From positions 1-9,697 of the forward strand of contig NQJD01000059.1 of assembly GCA_004284765.1 (NCBI GenBank): a DNA stretch of 9,697 nt, given 5' to 3'. The notes beneath the pieces were generated by a model that made no database searches, was not told the origin of the DNA, and saw only the letters and a program-made list of their open reading frames with translations. Below, piece after piece: positions 7,236 through 9,697 of this stretch (its first letter is position 1; each line of letters starts with the position of its first letter). Origin of the DNA: Candidatus Electronema aureum (GTDB lineage Bacteria; Desulfobacterota; Desulfobulbia; Desulfobulbales; Desulfobulbaceae). Position numbers and translations under genes: made by a program.

Positions 7236-7419
7236 TACTTCGAGAGAAGAACCGCAACTTGCACGAGAGAAGTATCTACCGTTGTACTCTCGAAGTATTC
7301 ACCGTTGCACGAGAGAACTACGATACATTGCACGAGAGAAGTATCCACCGTTGCACGAGAGAAGAAGTTTCCGTTGTACTCTCGTGCAACCAATCTTTGC
7401 ACTCTGGTGCGGGCAGCGC
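7236..7419 (+). repeat. Tandem array of about 8 units with strict 23-bp period, consensus TTGCACGAGAGAAGTATCYACCG
   Basis: Unit starts fall at 7236, 7259, 7282, 7305, 7328, 7351, 7374 and 7397. The 5' half (TTGCACGAGAGAAG) is conserved and the 3' 9-10 nt vary. In units 7282 and 7374 the internal CGAGAG is replaced by its complement CTCTCG, giving an 11-bp perfect stem TTGCACGAGAG (7351-7361) / CTCTCGTGCAA (7379-7389). Confidence 0.9.
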
Positions 7420-7425
7420 GGCAAG
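7397..7425 (+). repeat. Right copy of the ~28-bp direct repeat flanking the array
   Basis: See the left copy. This copy also forms the degenerate last array unit. Confidence 0.8.
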
Positions 7426-7467
7426 CGGCGCAGGGGTCGGGCCATACGGAGATACCTCCCCAAGACC

Positions 7468-7500
7468 TACCCTAATAGGAAGATGCCTCCTATTAGGGTA
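7468..7500. repeat. Perfect 13-bp inverted repeat (stem-loop) between convergent genes
   Basis: TACCCTAATAGGA (7468-7480), a 7-nt loop AGATGCC, then TCCTATTAGGGTA (7488-7500). No U-tract on either strand. It is AT-rich relative to its surroundings. Confidence 0.85.
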
Positions 7501-7602
7501 CATTGCCGCCGTCCTTCCGGCAGGCTCTTGCTGGCCCATGCTTCATCAATCTCCCAGAGCATAACGTTATCCTCCGCAAGAGGCTGCGGCGCACCAGCCC
7601 CC

Positions 7603-8142
7603 TCAATACTTCCCATCCGCATAGGCCAGCCAGCCGCCCGCAGCCACCAGCTCTTTGTCAAAGGCGTTCATGCTGAAGCCGCATTCGAGCCTGCCACATT
7701 GGCCGCTCTCGGCCAGCACTTTGTCGGCGTGCAGGTCAACGCTGATCTTCACGCCGCTGCTGTTGCCGACCAAAGAGAAGAGCCGGTCTATGTCCGCTTT
7801 TGCCAGCTCGACCGCCAAGATGCCGCAGTTGAACATGTTCTGGCGGAAGATGCGGGCGAAGCTCTCGCCGATCACCACGTTGATGCCGTTGACTTCCAAG
7901 GCCCAAACCGCGTGCTCGCGCGACGAGCCGCAGCCAAAGTTGGAGCGCGTCACCAGCACTTCCGCAGCTTGGAAAGCTGGGTTCTTGGTGTCGAACTCTT
8001 TGCCATCAAGGATGAGATCTTCGAGCAGATGCGGCTGTAAAGCACGTTTCGTGATCTCGGTCAGGTACTTGGCCGGGATGATCTCGTCCGTATTGATGTC
8101 GCTTCTGTCGATAAAGTAGGCGTGGCCGCCGAATTGCTTCAT
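7603..8142 (-). CDS. leuD: 3-isopropylmalate dehydratase small subunit (type II LeuD; aconitase swivel domain)
   Basis: MKQFGGHAYFIDRSDINTDEIIPAKYL… with the GCGSSREHA motif, 179 aa. RBS AGGAG lies upstream of the ATG at 8142, 22 nt downstream of the leuC stop. Confidence 0.9.
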   Translation of the reverse strand: MKQFGGHAYFIDRSDINTDEIIPAKYLTEITKRALQPHLLEDLILDGKEFDTKNPAFQAAEVLVTRSNFGCGSSREHAVWALEVNGINVVIGESFARIFRQNMFNCGILAVELAKADIDRLFSLVGNSSGVKISVDLHADKVLAESGQCGRLECGFSMNAFDKELVAAGGWLAYADGKY

Positions 8143-8164
8143 GGCTTCGTTTCTCCTGCGGGGA

Positions 8165-9451
8165 TCAGTTGAGGAATTGCACCGGGTCGGTGATCTGGCC
8201 GGTAACAGCGGCAGCGGCAGCGGACAACGGACTCATCAGATGCACCATGCCCCCTTTGCCCATGCGCCCGTTAAAGTTACGGTTGGTGGTCGAGGCACAG
8301 CTTTCCCCTTCCGCCAGAACGCCGCTGCTCATGCCAAGACATGCTCCGCAGGTGGGATTGAGCACGCAGAATCCCGCATCCATGAAGACCTTGATCAGCC
8401 CTTCGTCCAATGCTTGGGAGTAGATGGCGGGCGTGGCTGGTGTGAGGATGCCGCGCACGCTGTCGGCAATGGTGCGGCCTTTGAGGATGGAGGCAGCGGC
8501 CCGTATGTCTTCGATGCGGCCATTCGTGCAGGAGCCGATATAGACCTGATCTATTTTGGTGCCGATTAGCTCAGTAATATCTTTCACCTGATCAGGCTTA
8601 TAGCCGTGCGTGACCTGCGGACGCAGATTCGACACATCCAAGCGCAATGTTCCGCTGTACACTGCATCGCTGTCCGAATGCCACTGGCGGAAGGACTCCG
8701 CCGCTGCTTCCACCGAGGCATATTCGCCCTGAATGAAAGGCCAGAGGTACTCCGCCGTGGTTTTGTCCGGCAGACAAATGCCGGAGGTCGCGCCAGCCTC
8801 GACCGCCATGTTGCAGAGCGTCATGCGGGAGGACATGTCCATGCCTTCCAGCACCGGGCCGCAGAACTCCATCACTTTGTCCGTGGCCCCATTGACGGTG
8901 AGCTGCTTGATGATGTTGAGGATGACATCTTTGGCATACACGCCTTTGGGCATCGTGCCGATGATCTCAATCTTCATCGTCTCAGGAGCGCGGAAGGCGC
9001 AGACCCCTTTGAATATGCCGACCTCAAGATCCGTTGTGCCAACACCAGCGGCAAAGGCTCCGAACGCTCCGTGCGTGCAGGTATGAGAATCGCCCATGAT
9101 GACCGTGTTGCCGGGACGGATAAAGCCTTTCTCCGGGAAGAGCGCATGGCATACGCCGTTGCGGCCCACGTCAAAGAAATCCTTGATGCCATGCCGACGC
9201 GCCCAGTCGCGCATAATCTTCGCCTGCATCGCGGTCTTGGAGTCCTTAGCAGGCGTGACATGATCTATCACCGCCTTGATCTTGCTCGGATCAAAGACGC
9301 GATCCATGCCCTTCTCCATCAAGTCCATAATAGCTATCGGCGTGGTGATCTCGTGGCACATCACCACGTCGATGCCCAGCACCATGCTGCCCGGCGCAGG
9401 CGTGTCGCGCAGGTGGGCAGCGAATATCTTTTCTGCGATGGTTTGACCCAT
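8165..9451 (-). CDS. leuC: 3-isopropylmalate dehydratase large subunit (type II LeuC; could formally be a homoaconitase-type paralog)
   Basis: MGQTIAEKIFAAHL…, with aconitase-family Fe-S ligand motifs IGSCTNGRIEDI and NPTCGACLG. I chose the start at 9451 because of AAGGAG-N7-ATG, rather than the ORF-track start at 9481. Confidence 0.9.
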   Translation of the reverse strand: MGQTIAEKIFAAHLRDTPAPGSMVLGIDVVMCHEITTPIAIMDLMEKGMDRVFDPSKIKAVIDHVTPAKDSKTAMQAKIMRDWARRHGIKDFFDVGRNGVCHALFPEKGFIRPGNTVIMGDSHTCTHGAFGAFAAGVGTTDLEVGIFKGVCAFRAPETMKIEIIGTMPKGVYAKDVILNIIKQLTVNGATDKVMEFCGPVLEGMDMSSRMTLCNMAVEAGATSGICLPDKTTAEYLWPFIQGEYASVEAAAESFRQWHSDSDAVYSGTLRLDVSNLRPQVTHGYKPDQVKDITELIGTKIDQVYIGSCTNGRIEDIRAAASILKGRTIADSVRGILTPATPAIYSQALDEGLIKVFMDAGFCVLNPTCGACLGMSSGVLAEGESCASTTNRNFNGRMGKGGMVHLMSPLSAAAAAVTGQITDPVQFLN

Positions 9452-9510
9452 TGTTGTTCTCCTTGGGGGAGTTGGATTCATTCAGTTGATCAGATAGTTG
9501 AAGCCGCTTC

Positions 9511-9539
9511 ACGATAGGAGCAATCTTCCACGTTGTCAA
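9511..9539 (-). promoter_or_regulatory. Candidate sigma70-type promoter for leuCD
   Basis: Minus strand reads TTGACA (9534-9539), 17 nt, TATCGT (9511-9516), about 55-60 nt upstream of the leuC ATG. An AT-rich UP-like tract lies further upstream (9590-9657). Confidence 0.4.
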
Positions 9540-9657
9540 GCGGAATCCTACGAAGCCTGCTCTTCGATGCCTACAGAGCTTAGAGGGTAATGAGAATGAA
9601 TCTTACTATCAGTATAATATTTGTTATTATTTTTTAAAATAACTATTGACAAAAATC

Positions 9658-9676
9658 GGGGGGGGGGGGGGGGGGG
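9658..9676. repeat. Homopolymeric G19 tract
   Basis: 19 consecutive G counted directly (3+10+6 across line breaks), preceded by AT-rich DNA containing TTGACA (9646-9651). Confidence 0.95.
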
Positions 9677-9697
9677 TACAACAGGGGCAAGTTTTCC

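Noticed and set aside
7236-7419. The tandem array as a CRISPR array.
   Set aside because: The total period of 23 bp leaves only about 9-10 variable nt, far too short for repeat plus spacer. No cas genes or leader are present, and some units are partially inverted.
7191-7425. The gene-end / downstream repeat pair as a DGR variable-repeat / template-repeat pair.
   Set aside because: The repeats are only about 20-28 bp rather than about 100+ bp. The mismatches are not adenine-specific, and no reverse transcriptase gene is nearby.
7178-7564. 128-aa ORF, plus part of the 311-aa ORF, showing a periodic peptide repeat (…LHERSIYRCTLEVFTVARENYDTLHERSIHRCTREEVS…) that could be mistaken for a repeat protein.
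   Set aside because: The periodicity is 23 aa (69 nt), which is simply three turns of the 23-bp DNA repeat read through. There is no RBS, and the frames continue antisense into leuD or into GC-rich spacer.
9452-9540. A leucine leader peptide, attenuator or T-box upstream of leuC.
   Set aside because: The roughly 55-60-nt leader contains no Leu-rich mini-ORF, no terminator/antiterminator pair and no T-box specifier architecture that I can see.

Overview
GC-rich (~55-60%) bacterial chromosomal window whose core genes are all on the minus strand. These are leuC-leuD (type-II isopropylmalate isomerase), a COG1900/DUF39 homocysteine-biosynthesis gene followed 9 nt downstream by a LarE-family PP-loop sulfur transferase gene, an HU gene and tRNA-Pro(CGG). 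The COG1900 pathway and type-II LeuCD suggest an anaerobe, possibly a sulfate reducer, but that is only a guess. Three scarred accessory patches interrupt this backbone. (1) Next to the tRNA-Pro 3' end lies an AT-rich tyrosine integrase that loses its catalytic C-terminus at about nt 128, where a GC-richer segment opens with a transposase-like N-terminus running off the left edge. (2) A 3'-truncated Uma2/DUF820-like nuclease gene is followed by about 340 bp of AT-rich DNA with no convincing ORF. (3) The most interesting patch is a roughly 2.6 kb cassette bracketed by two diverged direct copies of the leuD 3' end. It holds a single 675-aa NB-ARC + TPR STAND (NLR-like) ATPase with a short G/N/Q-rich, His4 and Pro-rich N-terminus in place of an enzymatic effector. 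The gene is followed directly by a strictly phased 23-bp tandem array, carried on an in-frame 207-bp segment flanked by ~28-bp direct repeats, and then by a perfect 13-bp palindrome. The right edge carries a G19 homopolymer beside a TTGACA box. All calls come from reading the sequence by eye; no database search was possible.
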